From assembly GCA_964016885.1 (NCBI GenBank), contig OZ024743.1:868001-932000 (forward strand): a stretch of DNA of 64,000 bases, given 5' to 3'. Source of the DNA: Eledone cirrhosa (lineage: Eukaryota). Made by a program: the position numbers and the translations under genes. The notes beneath the pieces are model-generated. The model searched no databases and was not told the DNA's origin. It saw nothing but the letters and a program-made list of their open reading frames with translations. The number at the start of each line of letters is the position of its first letter. Positions within the stretch are counted from its first letter, which is position 1. This document shows positions 1-14,003 of the stretch, one piece after another.

Positions 1-442
1 TTCTTGATTAAATATAAATAATATTGTTGGTTATTTTAAGAGTCACTTCTTTAAAATTTTCAAATGTCAACACTTCCGGTTAGCGATCGCTTAAGTAAAC
101 ATTCATATATTTCCGTCAATAATTTTCTCCTAATGTAGTTTATATATAATATCGTCTTTTTTTAATGTATCATGGATTAGGTTACTGATTACATAAGACA
201 ATGTAACGCAGTTTTCGTTCAATTTATGTGTATATTGTCAATTACGATTTTATTTGATGTATCATATCTACATGCATATATACTTGCGTATAATATCAAT
301 ATGCACACTACACATGCTAGCAGAAAAACCACCCGACGGGTGGTTTTTCTGCTAGTATTTGTACTAGGGCATTCGCGTATATATTTTTCCAATTTCTACA
401 TACAAAATTACAATGCAAAACTTTTTTCATTAACAAGTAAGT

Positions 443-612
443 GGGCGGTGGATTGGCAATATGCTTTGACGTATAGAGTTACGGCCCTTGCCCGTCTGAG
501 TTCAAATCCCGCCGAGGTTAACTTTGCCTTTCATCCTTACGGGGTCGATAAAATAAAGTACCAGTAATGCACTGGTTAATTGCTGGCCTTGTGCCAAAAG
601 TAGAAACAATTA
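443..612 (+). mobile_element. tRNA-derived SINE (dominant family of the window)
   Basis: ggcggtggattggc head, B-box-like gagttcaaatcc, core ctttcatccttacggggtcgataaaataaagtaccag (resembles the Meta-type SINE core, from memory), tail gtagaaacaatta; recurs >10 times. Confidence 0.85.
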
Positions 613-929
613 TCAAGTTAAGTGTTTTGAGCATAATATAACAAAGTTTCTTACATAAAATTATGATGGAAACGTTTTTCAATAGATTTAAAGTTAAAAG
701 AAAGTGTTTATCTTTTATTAAAAGTGGTAATAGCATTTCAAATTTTTTTTTTTTTTCTATTATGACGTGGTGTTTTATATACATTCTGATGATAGTTAAA
801 TTTTAAAATTCAAAAGTTAAAATAAACATATATACCCGCATGTTGCGAACTCGTGTTGCTAGCATAGGAATTAGGACATAAGCGACATCAATTACATTGT
901 GAAAAACATAATTTTATCTCTTCAAACGC

Positions 930-1330
930 TTCTACCATTTATTGGCACAAGGCCAACAATTTGGTGAAGAGGGAAAATCGATTAAATCGACCCCTGCGCA
1001 TTACTGGGTTGAAAAGCAAAGCTAAAATCGGTGAGATTTGAATTTGGAACGTATAGGGACGTAACCCTATACGACTAAGCATGCTTTCTGATACTCTACC
1101 GATACCTGCAGTTCATTACTGCAGTTCATTGTTTCTACTTTAGCCACAAGACCAGCAATTTGAAGGGGAAGAGAATGTCGATTAAATCGATCCCAGTGCA
1201 TTATTGGATCTTTATTTTATCGATACCGTAAGCATGAAAGGCAAAACTAACTTGGGCGGGATTTGAACTTAGAGCGTAAAAGGCCGTAATTCTAGGCCAC
1301 TAAACTTGTCCGACGCTCTATCCACTGCCT
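930..1330 (-). mobile_element. Two adjacent degenerate SINE copies (~930-1105, ~1128-1330)
   Basis: Reverse-complement matches to the SINE tail and core (tgtttctactt, ttattttatcga, gatttgaact). Confidence 0.7.
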
Positions 1331-1754
1331 AATTACTACATAATAATGATAAAGGGAATTTCTCACATATGATTTCTAATATTTCTACAGAAGCCCACAT
1401 CATTTTCTAATATGCTAGATCAATAGATTTCACCGTTCCTGCCTGAAACTTGTGATGTAAATACCCTACGTCAAAATAATATAAGATTTTATACATGTTC
1501 GTTCAAGCTACTAGGAATAGCAGCTAAATATCTCATAAATCATACTTTAAAGCGTGGAAAATGAGAAGGTGATATTTCATAAAACAATCTGGGATTTACT
1601 ACACCTGGTGAGAAGGTATAATTTTTTTCATCTGTGCTCGATCAATAATATTCTGATGCAATCTATAGAAATTTATTTTATAATTTAATAGAATTTCTGA
1701 CAATAAATCAATTCCCAATTGTATAAATGGTACTGAAAATATTGGAGGAAATAT

Positions 1755-1965
1755 AAAAGAAAAAGAAAAAAGAAAAAAGAAAAAAGAAAAAAGAAAAAAG
1801 AAAAAAGAAAAAAGAAAAAAGAAAAAAGAAAAAAGAAAAAAGAATAAAATCGAAACCGAGCAACGAACAGATGGAGGAAGGGGTAAAGAAGGGCAGATCT
1901 GACTGTATAGAAAAGTAGGAGGAAGGGGTAAAGAAGGGCAGATCTGACTGTATAGAAAAGTAGGA
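1755..1965. repeat. (A5-6G)n tract followed by a ~45-bp tandem duplication
   Basis: ggaggaaggggtaaagaagggcagatctgactgtatagaaaagta occurs twice in tandem. Confidence 0.85.
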
Positions 1966-2404
1966 GAAAGAACTATAAACAACAATACCAACAATAACTG
2001 CAGCAATGCTAATGGTAGCGGCAGGATGAAAAAGCGCAGTGTAAACTAAGTTAATGTTATATGGACACGACATTTTGTCCGTCAAATTACCAATCCAGCT
2101 AGACACCACCTTAGTGTTTGACTACCCTCTGAAATGTATTATATTTAGACAACAATAGTCTCGGGTAGTGAAGTGCAAGTCAGCAACAATTTTACAACTA
2201 AATGTTACACAGAACTTCCAGGACAATAAAAAGAAAAATACCATCCCACAAATAGAGAACATGTGACACATGACGATTATTTGTCTTTCTTTTGTTTCTA
2301 TTGTAGATGTAGAAGTTGTTGTAATTGTGGTTTCTTTTTTTTTCTGTTCTTATCCTACTGGATAGACCGACCATCTATACAAAAAAAGTATCGTAGAGCA
2401 GTAA

Positions 2405-2454
<50 letters not shown>

Positions 2455-2516
2455 GGAATAGAATGAAACGAAATTTCATTTCTCACTCTTAGTACGGCAT
2501 TTACTTAAATGTAAGT

Positions 2517-3065
2517 ATGTATGTATGTATACGTACATACATATATGTATACAGACGTACAGTAGTATGTATATATATTAACACATGCGCACATATATAT
2601 ATGCACGTATCGGTTTACCGAAGATTTATTATAATGCAAACAAACACCCTGAATTACGCCGTACAGTGTTTAGGCAACCACGTCACCTTTTTTTTTTTTC
2701 ATTCTATTCCATTTATCGTCTTCGGTGTGTCCGGCCGACAGAACTCACTCGATATGCAAATTAGGCTGCTCAGCCGTTAATATGCATAAGGAAAGTATAT
2801 ACCATCTGGCAGGAAGGTATACGATGCTGACGATAGCTAATAAGCTTGAAACTAGTACATCGTTCCTGTGTCAGTGTTGAACAAAAAGGTGACGTGGTTG
2901 CCTAAACACTGTACGGCGTAATTCGGGCTGTTTGTTTGTTTACAAACAAAGAAACCGAGCATTATAATAAATGTTCGGTAAACCGATGCGTGCATATATA
3001 TATGTGTGCATGTGTGTATATATATACATACTACCGTACGTCTGTATACATATATGTATGTACGT

Positions 3066-3075
<10 letters not shown>
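2517..3075. mobile_element. Fold-back PLE-type remnant: ~170-bp inverted arms around a spacer with an HHR
   Basis: 2517-2692 is the reverse complement of ~2884-3075; HHR in the spacer. Confidence 0.75.
2821..2863 (+). ncRNA. Minimal type I hammerhead ribozyme
   Basis: acgatg-CTGACGA-t-agct(aata)agct-t-GAAA-ctag-TA-catcgt: perfect stem I and palindromic stem III. Confidence 0.85.
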
Positions 3076-3108
<33 letters not shown>

Positions 3109-3191
3109 AAGTTTTATTTAAATTGTTGGGTTACAACGAGTAAATATTTATAACTGATATAAATGCACTCAACAAGTATTTGGAGTATATT

Positions 3192-3501
3192 TACGATATT
3201 AAATAAATGGAAACTATATTTATAAAACCATATTTATTTCATTATATATATTTCAGGGATATCATATTAAAAATATGTTATGCCTTCTTCAGACAAAATA
3301 CAATATAAACAGTCTTATAAATAGATAGATTCGACATACCTTTCAACTTCGACTTCCATTTGAAAAGTTGATTTGTAAGACTGTTTATATTGTATTTTGT
3401 CTGAAGAAGGCATAACATATTTTTAATATGATATCTCTGAAATATATATAATGAAATAAATATGGTTTTATAAATATAGTTTCCATTTATTTAATATCGT
3501 A
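3192..3501. mobile_element. ~130-bp inverted repeat with a type I HHR in each arm (3235-3300 minus, 3393-3458 plus)
   Basis: tattttgt-CTGAAGA-stem II-GAAA-tatata-TA-atgaaata; arms 3192-3322 and 3371-3501. Confidence 0.75.
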
Positions 3502-3544
3502 TATATATATATATATATATATGTATACGTACATATATATATAT

Positions 3545-3716
3545 AACGAAGGAATTGTGGTAAGGAACTAGATGGACCATAACGCACCAGAGTACTCAAT
3601 ATTTAGGGTAGTAGAGTGGGTAATAGGAAAAAGTATGACCTCGACGGCAGAGCTCAGTCCAGAAATAGCCTTAGAAACGGCTTGAGCTCTGCCGTCGGGG
3701 TCATACCTTTTCCTAT
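3545..3716. repeat. Dispersed repeat ending in a hairpin; second copy at 58293-58472
   Basis: gacctcgacggcagagctca ... tgagctctgccgtcggggtc inverted pair; high similarity to the 58.3-kb copy. Confidence 0.75.
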
Positions 3717-4285
3717 ATATATATATATATTCGGTGCTCCGATATAATGTAGACAGACTTTTATTAGAATGCTGTTAAAGTGTGTATAATATATATATAA
3801 TAAAACGTAATGGAAAGATAACAAGAAAATATATATAAAATGAACAAATACAGTAGGATCCCCTAAGAAGTTTGAAAATATAAGTCAATTTATAAAGACT
3901 TAAATGACGCATTCACCATAGGCTAATTCTTGCGTTTTATTTTCATCTTTGTGTGAACCAGAAAAACACATGTTCACAGACGCAATCGTACGGCTGCTAG
4001 TTAGTATAAACTTCGAATAACCTAGTATACTTTATATAGACCTAGAAAAGTAAATAAAAAACATTACACTACTCTATAATACACACATACATGTATTCAA
4101 GCACAAATACACATATACGATTCGTAGACACAGCTATGTAGTTACTTATATATCATTACACGTGATTGTGTATGTATATATATATATATTTATACTTACA
4201 CAGGCATGCATATTTCTTTTCGATGTATCCTATAACTATTTTCGTGATACTTCATTCATCACATTTATACACAAACACACACACA

Positions 4286-4387
<102 letters not shown>

Positions 4388-4426
4388 ATATATATATATA
4401 GAGAGAGAGAGATGGAGAGAGTGAGT

Positions 4427-4473
<47 letters not shown>

Positions 4474-4950
4474 AGTTAGTGAGAGAGAGATGTGTTTATA
4501 CTACCATAACATTTCAGGCATTCGAACATTGAGTACTCGATTTTATTTTCTAAGCTGAAAAGTGACAGTGACTTCGAAGTTTGTAGTCTGAGCTTGGTGC
4601 TGTGCTTCATATATATGTATGTATATATGTGCCAGGGTGGTTCTGTGTGTAGGTGTGTGCGCGAGGCTGTGTCTGTGTGTGTTGTATTAAAGACTCAGTT
4701 TTGTTCAAGCTTAATATATATGGGATTTTTTTAGGTTTCAGCGTATTTCGTTATTAGCCGTTTATGTTTAGTTTAAAACTATTTCATCCTAAGACTATTT
4801 ATATTTCAAACCGTTGGATACCAAAGAATTGTAGAAATAATGTTATAACTTATTATACTTTTTCATCAGTCACTTTTTTTTTTTAGATCCTCATTTCACA
4901 CAAAATGCCGGAATATGCAGACGAATCCAAGGAGCCCAGTAAGAACAGCC

Positions 4951-5100
4951 AAACTCCCACTGTCATCGCCTCCATCCCTCTGGCCCTTCCCATCTCTCCG
5001 TATAGTGAACAAATGGGGTCCTACGTGCTGGCCTCCCCACAGCCCCGGCGGACAGAACGGAGAAGGCGTTTCGCCGGAGGATGGTAAGGGAGATGCGCTA
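4951..5100 (+). repeat. GC-rich dispersed repeat, probably a LINE 5'/ORF1 fragment; minus-strand copies at ~25075-25238 and ~31696-31757
   Basis: Shared actgtcat.gcctccatc...aaatggggtcc...ggacagaa...gcgttt..ccggaggatggt. Confidence 0.6.
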
Positions 5101-5778
5101 CTGTTCAGTAGTAAACTACTTTTACTTTCCAGGGTCTATTTCATGGGTTTTGTATCTGTGTTGATTTTTGCTTTGTAGTTTTGTTATTAATAAACCTGTC
5201 AAAATTAAACTAATTTTTGCGGAATTCATTGTAAGATAGTAGTATACATCAGCTTATGTTTTTCTGACTAATTTTAGTTTGTCTATTCTATTATAATGTT
5301 TTGTAATGGGTGCTTTTTTTTAAAGCATGGTTAACCAACAAAAACGTGTCGTCATTCTGTCTCTCAAACTTTTGAGTCATGAAGTTGATAGCATTCATGT
5401 TGACAATGAAAATCGTATACTACAATGGCTGGTTGAAATACGGTCAATGGCTTCATGTCTGTAGCTTAATGCTGTTGTGAAGGCTTTGCATGTTGTCTTT
5501 GTACTACATTAGTAGTGTCATTTGTGGTTAGTTGTCTCGAAGGTTGTATGTTGTTTTATGTGTTTGTTTTTGTAAATATGGTGCAGTGCAATATATGTGT
5601 AGTTTGCTTGATTTTATTTAATCGTATATTTGTTGTAATTGTGTAGGTGAATATTTCATTTTATTTTTTTACAGTTTGAACTGTTCTCCTATACAGATGC
5701 CCCTTATTAACTAATCTTTAGTTTTCTTGTAATATTTCCTTAAATAAAGCTCACATTTCCTTATTTAAACGTAGAGAG

Positions 5779-5869
<91 letters not shown>

Positions 5870-6098
5870 CTATAAGTTTTACATTGGTGCCCACATTTAC
5901 GGTGTTTTGTATGTATAACGGAGCAACTAATGTTATTCCTAAACATAACCACCATACATGCGCAAAGCATGTTGGTGGTTGATACGGAAGAACAGGCTAA
6001 TAGATGTATAGAGGATACCGAAAATATTTCAATCCATAAATTTACAAACTAATAGATTTCTAGCATAAAGTCAGACCTTAGCACAATGTCATTATTAA

Positions 6099-6275
6099 GG
6101 TGGATTGGCAGTATCGGTAAAGCGTCGGACAACATGCTTTACGGTATAGGTTTACGTTCTGAGTTAAATCCCCCCGAGGTTAACTTTGTCTTTCATCCTT
6201 ACGGGGTCGATAAAATAAAACACCAGTAATGCACTGGGGTAATTGCTGGCCTTGTGCTAAAAGTAGAAACAATTA
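6099..6275 (+). mobile_element. SINE copy
   Basis: Head, core and tail as in 443-612. Confidence 0.85.
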
Positions 6276-6935
6276 GTATGTGAATACGTGAATGTGGAGA
6301 CGTTGGTTGAGATATGATATTGCTTTGTCCACAGCTGATTCACTGGCCAAGCCATGCATTGGGTCTCAACTGTCTCATAGAACAGCAGATTGAGAAGAAG
6401 AGAGTGAAGCTCGGTTGATGTTGCTTAAATACTCTTTGACTAACGATATTTTTTGCCGTGTTGTTTTGTCCCAGCGGCAAATCGAAGACGGTGTTCACAA
6501 ATTTTGTTTGCTCCAAAAGGCTGTGTGTTTGTCACCATTTTATTCGAAATGTTTAGTATTTTTTTGGTTGTTGTAGTGTTGCTATTTTACTAGATATAGG
6601 GTTGGTTGCTGTGTTTGTTGTGGTTGCTAACAATTGCTAATTGTTGATGTTGTTCAATGTGTTACACGTCTTGGATTGTTGAATAACTATCAGGGCCAAG
6701 ATTGATTGAGACAGACCAATAAATACGCGTGCGTTTCAGAACAGGCTCTTCTGGTCATGGTGTTATATCTGTTTTAGTAGTCTGTGTTTCATATCCGCAG
6801 ATTTACCAGTGGCAATTTCGCTAAACACACACACCCATAATACGTCGATCCAGACTGCTCCACCAGTCTCGGACGCCGATCATCTCAATGGACGTCTAGA
6901 TCTGGCCAGTTCGTAGCACTTGACCCCTTCGTGGA

Positions 6936-7300
<365 letters not shown>

Positions 7301-7491
7301 ACTGTATGCTTAATAAACAGGTGGAGTAGTTAGCTTTGATAAGCACCAAAAAGTGGGAAACAGAGCTCTGTCAGCTTTATCTCCCCTGTTTGCTGAAAAT
7401 TTAAAGTAAGTGAGACTGTCACTACTCTAAAACAATAGCGTAAGGTCTTCCAAATGCTTTAGTTAAGCATACAGTCTATTGCAAAATACAC

Positions 7492-7567
<76 letters not shown>

Positions 7568-8389
7568 CCCAGCTTATGCTGACCGGATAACCATGTTGCT
7601 TGTTTTTTTTCCTATCTTCGGTTTGCTTTCATCCTTCTATGTTGTTTACTTGTCTCACTTGCTTTACACGACTCATTTGTCCCAATAGCTTTTTTTAGTT
7701 ATTGCTCGCACCAACCTGATGTATATGATTTTTAATGCGATGAAATACCAATGATGGTTGGCAAATCACTGACGAGGGACTAATTTTATAATATGTAACC
7801 CATGTGCAACCACGCAGTATTCCTCTTTCTTCTCATGTTTTTTTATAAATATTTACCTCGGCTGCGTTTGTCTGTTTCTCTCTTACTGCTCCCTCGTTCT
7901 CTCTGTTTCTCTCACCTTCTTTCGCCCCTGCTGTCAGTTACACTTTCTCTTGACTGACCTCTTCCTCGCACTTCCACTCACTCACTCTCTGTTTCTACCC
8001 TTCTCACTTCCTCCCCTTTCGTTGGTAGTGGGGTCCTTTCTTGCTCACATCTCACTCACGTCGGACGGTCTGTATTCTGAACGCTCATGAAATTCACCCA
8101 GATTATGCTTACCGGATAACCATGTTGCTTGTTTTTTTTCCTATCTTCGGTTTGCTTTTATCCTTCTATGTTGTTTACTTGTCTCACTCGCTTTACGCGA
8201 CTCATTTGTCCCAATAGCTTTTTCTAGTTATTGCTCGCACCAACCTGAGGTATATGATTTTTAAAGCGATGAAATACCAATGATGGTTGGCAAATCACTG
8301 ACGAGGGACTAATTTTATAATATGTAACCCATGTGCAACCACGCAGTATTCCTCTTTCTTCTCATGTTTTATATATATATATATATATA

Positions 8390-8476
<87 letters not shown>

Positions 8477-9370
8477 TATTTTGCAATAGACTGTATGCTT
8501 AACTAAAGCATTTGGAAGACCTTACGCTATTGTTTTAGAGTAGTGACAGTCTCACTTACTTTAAATTTTCAGCAAACAAGGGAGATAAAGCTGACAGACC
8601 TCTGTTTCGCACTTTTCGGTGCTTATCAAAGCTAACTACTCCACCTGTTTGCTGAAAATCATGAATGTTTGATTCTTATAGAATTCTAGTAATAATCAGG
8701 AACTGATTATACAGAGCGGTTGCCGGTCGAGCAGAAATTGAAAATTAGAATTGGTGCTCTGAAATAGCGATATATATATGAATGTATATATAGTGTATTT
8801 TGCAATACACTGTATGCTTAATTGAAAGCATTCCGAAGACCTTACGCTATTGTTTTAGAGTAGTGACAGTCTCACTTACTTCAAATTTTCAGTAAACAGG
8901 GGAGATAAAGCTTACAGAGCTCTGTTTCGCACTTTTTGGTGCTTATCAAAGCTAAATACTCCACCTGTTTGCCGAAAATCATGAATGTTTGATTCTTATA
9001 GAATTCTAGTAATAATCAGGAACTGATTATACAGAGCGGTTGCCGGTCGAGCAGAAATTGAAAATTAGAATTGGTGCTCTGAAATAGCGATATATATATA
9101 TGAATGTATATATAGTGTATTTTGCAATACACTGTATGCTTAATAAACAGGTGGAGTAGTTAGCTTTGATAAGCACCAAAAAGTGCGAAACAGAGCTCTG
9201 TCAGCTTTATCTCCTCTGTTTGCTGAAAATTTAAAGTAAGTGAGACTGTCACTACTCTAAAAAATAGCGTAAGGTCTTCGAAATGCTTTTAATTAAGCAT
9301 ACAGTGTATTGCAAAATACACTATATATACATTCATATATATTTTCAGAGCACCAATTCTAATTTTCAAT
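7301..9370. mobile_element. PLE pseudo-LTR array: ~320-bp unit in tandem and inverted copies, with four HHRs (7332-7376 +, 8589-8633 -, 8909-8953 -, 9162-9206 +)
   Basis: agct-TTGATAA-gcac(caaaaa)gtgc-GAAA-cagagctctg-TC-agct; unit starts at ~8473, ~8791 and ~9113; interrupted by the 7563-8370 element. Confidence 0.8.
7563..8370 (+). mobile_element. Non-autonomous element with ~279-bp direct repeats (period 529) inserted in (TA)n
   Basis: 7563-7841 matches 8092-8370; the pyrimidine-rich spacer is related to that of 33480-34164. Confidence 0.8.
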
Positions 9371-9395
9371 ATATATATATATACATATATATATA

Positions 9396-9446
<51 letters not shown>

Positions 9447-9516
9447 AGAGAGAGAGAGAGCAAAATTATATAACAGGTGCCAGGTTTGCAGATTTATATA
9501 AAGAGAGAGAGAGAGC

Positions 9517-9580
<64 letters not shown>

Positions 9581-10333
9581 GTGTGTGTGTGTGTGTGTGT
9601 GTGTGTGTTGTACGTACGTACGTATGTATGGATGGATGTATATATGTATGTATTGCATATATATTACGGTGAGACACACTCAACGATTAAGCTATTAATT
9701 TACCAGTTTATTTATCATTTAGCTTAAATGCACAGCAAACGATTGTTTGCGTCCCTAAATGCAGTATTAAATTCTAAATTACTTAGTTCACCTAAATATA
9801 GATAACAGGTGCCAGGTTTGCAGATTTATATAGCTGTAGAGGAAAAAAATCTACATCTATTCGTATAGTGCCGCAAAGAACACTGTAAGCACCCTCTCTA
9901 AAAATAATTACCTTAAATTTATCTTTGTTTATTTTATTTGTGAATTGTTTTAGCTTAAAATTAACGAGTTCATTATTATTTTTTTTCATTAAATATATGT
10001 TTGGAAAACATTACCATATAATTTATCCATTAAGTGCAGTTGATATATGATTACATAGCCTTTATTTGGTTTCCTTAAAACAGAGATAATATAACTTTTT
10101 ATACACTAACGATATTTCATATTTGAATGTATTGCGGAAATATGTCAATTATTCCATTAGTCATCACATAATTAAAAATATGTATAATTGTCAGCTGTCA
10201 GTTAAAGGAAATAAGGATTTCCCTGACATAAACATGTAACCGTAGAAAACAATCGAGAATAGAAAATATATTTATTTGGCTGGTAAAAATAAGAAAATAT
10301 ATGAACAAATATATTAACAAATATTATTTATGA

Positions 10334-10522
10334 GGGCGGTGGATTGGCAGTATCGGTAGAGGGTCGGTCGCCATGCTTTCCAGCATAGTTACGTCCCTTT
10401 ACGATCTGAGTTCAAATCCCGCTGAGGTTGACTTTGCCTTTCATCCTTACGGGGTCGATAAAATAAAGTACCAGTAATGCACTGGGTAATTGCTGGCCTT
10501 GTGTCTAAAGTAGAAACAATTA
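10334..10522 (+). mobile_element. SINE copy
   Basis: Full head, core and tail. Confidence 0.85.
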
Positions 10523-13173
10523 TTTATGTATAGCATTTCTGGTGATCAGTTTCCATTAAATGGGGAAATGGCCTTTGCATTAAAAATGTAGATCCTTTGC
10601 ATTAAAAATGTAGATAATGGAGTAATGATTTCTGTTTTTATATTAAAACCTATATAAAACTAAAATATATTATTTATACTGTATAGCATGATGTTAGTAT
10701 ATGAATAAATCAATAATAAAATTCGGTGCGAAAAATGTTTATCTCAGGCTCATTTTCATTTTTTCATTTACCACCAATTCAGTAAATATGGTGAAGAAAT
10801 CTATGCTGTGCTAAGAACATCAAAATAAACATAAACTTGGTTGAATAGGAAGCGGAATAAGAAGCTAACTAAAATAATTATGCGCCGAATAAAACAAATT
10901 ACTAATATTCAATTTCCTGCTGTTTTAATGCTTCTTGCTAATTTCAGCTCTGTTCTACATATATTTTCGACAGTTTCGAATTCTATTCAAAGTTGCATCT
11001 AAATTATTCATCTTTGTAATGTATGTTTCTCTAAAACCATAGCAAGATATATCAACTAAAATATTTCGTTCGAATGAGCTCTGATCATTGGAAGTCGAAC
11101 CAACTAATGTGAATCTATTAGATTCCATTTGCTAATTTTTCAAGTTTCAGTAGTTCTACTTCGGTTATTACGATCAAGAGAACACTGACGAGATTTTATA
11201 CTGACCTGAATAATTAGTGTAATTTGCTTTTGACTCGGACACGCAGGTCTTATCGAATTCAATCAATCGAGCACTGTCAAGGTACTTAGAGGTGGTGGCC
11301 ACCGACTGAGAACAATTCTCTTACAGGTTCGTTTGAACGTTTAAGCGAAGAACAATCTCAAGTGACTGTATACATTACTTATTCAGTGCAGTTCAAGGGC
11401 ACAAGAGAAACAAGACATGTATGAACTTCTTACAATTTCATTTCAGTTTCGTGGTAATGTGTCTTATGAAGCAAAATGCAATATATGTCTAGCTCAATTG
11501 CAAAATTTAATTCCCCAGTTTCACATATCTGATATAAGGAGCCGAAGTTTAATATGCTATTAAACTTTTGTTTGTTTATTTTTTCAGCATGTCAAATAAA
11601 TATTATTGACATGCTATCCGATTACGCGTATGAAAAAAATCTTTATTTACAGTATTTTAAGATCAAATTATGCATAGTAACATTTGTTCAATTTGAACAA
11701 AGAATGCTTTGTTTTATTTTTTTTTTATTTTTTTTTTTTTAGAAAGACGAGTGTCTCTTCCTTTTTCCTACACCGAGAAACAGATTAGATTGTTAAATCA
11801 TTGTGTAACCGAGGAAGGGAATAAGCAATAGCAACAGTAGGCTGCATGTATTTATCAAAACAATAAAAAATAGCAGCGACCATGCACACAATTTAATGCA
11901 AAGGATGAATATATATTATGTAGTAGAAATTGTTGTAAGTCATATGTCGGACTACAAAACTATAAAGAAGACACGTTGGCCGAGGTACTTACTGATCAAT
12001 AAAAATCGCTTGGTTTCCCATAGCAAATTTATCTAGATTGGTACATGTTGAACCAGGTGGAAATTTTCAAGATAGATTCCACCTGTTACGATAGATACAT
12101 TTCTCTGATATTTCACAATATTTAGTTTTTGAGATTTATTTGCAGTGCAGCTGTTTTGTGTTGCAAAAACAGAGAATTACTAAAACGTTGTCACAGATAC
12201 AGGTCATCATCTTTGAATGTGTGTGTGGTTGAGTTTATAATTGATACCCTATTCCAATTATTTGAATGGAATATGAGCAGGACTTGAATGCATTGGGTCA
12301 CAGTTATGCCTGACAGAGTTTATAGCAGGTTAAACATCAATATCGTGTTCGTAATGGAGTCTCTATGTTAGTGATTGATTTGCTAAGAACCTGCTTAAAT
12401 AATACAATACCGTCTTAAAATGTAGGACACCTCCGATAATGTAGTCATATATAATGTAGTCATATATACAAACGTGATCATATATAAACGTCTAATTAAA
12501 GACGGTCTATTCACCGATGAACCACATTTGAACATGGCTAACCTCTTCCTGATCAACTTCAATAATAACGAATATTTTACGATATGTCAACACGAGTGAA
12601 CTGAATATTAATTAGCCTGAATTAAAGAACGAAATACAAAAGGAAAAAACTTGATTAACGAAACAAAAGATATATTGACATTTATTTCACACTTCATTCA
12701 CACATAATCAGAGCGGGATTGCTTCGTTAAATCTGTGAGTATCTCAGGGACTCTGAGAAGCATTTATTAATACGTGTCTTTAGAAGAATCGGTAGAGCGA
12801 CAACTTCACAGTATATCGAAGTTCTAAAATAAAAATTTACAGTGCTCGATAATGACCTCCTCCGACAGGAGTCGATAAAAAGTAATCAGTAACATAATGG
12901 CGTCCATTAAATAAACTATACAAGTTCCATAAATATTCCTAGATAAGTACGTACGAATATGTCCAGATATGATATATGATTTTTCGACATTTATTCTCAT
13001 CCTTCAGTGATCAACAAGCCCTGTATTATTGTGAGGAGTTCATCGTTGAGTGAAACAAAATAGTTATTTTGTCACTTTGAATTATGTCATCTCTCTCTCA
13101 CTCTCCCCCTCTCTCTATATACATACATACATATATACATCTATACATATACACACACACACACACAGATATA

Positions 13174-13229
<56 letters not shown>

Positions 13230-13782
13230 GGCACTGTAACGTAAACGTCAGAGAGGAGTGCTTCAGCCATAATTCGAAATCAACGCATTTTTCTCAGCCT
13301 TTGTGCAGCCCCTTATTCTTCATCTAATGTTGTATTCTTCACGATGTGTCTATTTGACTTGTAAATCTAACACGATTTTTGTTCCTACGTACATGATTTT
13401 TTCCGGGTATTTCTTTATAATGTTTTATGTTAGTCCAACTGATTTGTTTGTCTGTCTATGAGCCGACTCCATAGAATTCTGTCCCTCATTTTGTTCATCG
13501 TTTTAGGGCAACGCTTTCCTAATTTGGAAGTATCATTGTGGTAAGTGTTTAAGCTACATTTTTTCAGAGTGATTACCTACTGAAAAACCACGAATTTAAA
13601 GGAGTTAGCTGAGGATCAGAGATTTTCGTTGGTACCGTTGTGCTTATCACCTTCCCCTGGTTTTATCTTTCGTTCCCTTCTTGTTCTCTTTGTTCGAGTT
13701 TTGTTCCATTTTCCACGTTTCATTACAATTTAAATGCTCATTGATACAATCTTTCATGCATTAGAATCTTACAGCTCCCCCC

Positions 13783-13877
<95 letters not shown>

Positions 13878-13905
13878 CTCTTTCTCTCTCTCTGTCTCTC
13901 TCTCG

Positions 13906-14003
<98 letters not shown>

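Noticed and set aside
60-120. ETS-like acttccgg promoter motif
   Set aside because: A single short motif with no supporting gene structure.
443-520. tRNA gene from B-box-like gagttcaaatcc
   Set aside because: SINE head; no cloverleaf.
8240-8304. Box C/D snoRNA or SECIS reading of the K-turn motif
   Set aside because: Box order and size do not fit a snoRNA; no SECIS apical geometry or UGA-containing ORF nearby.
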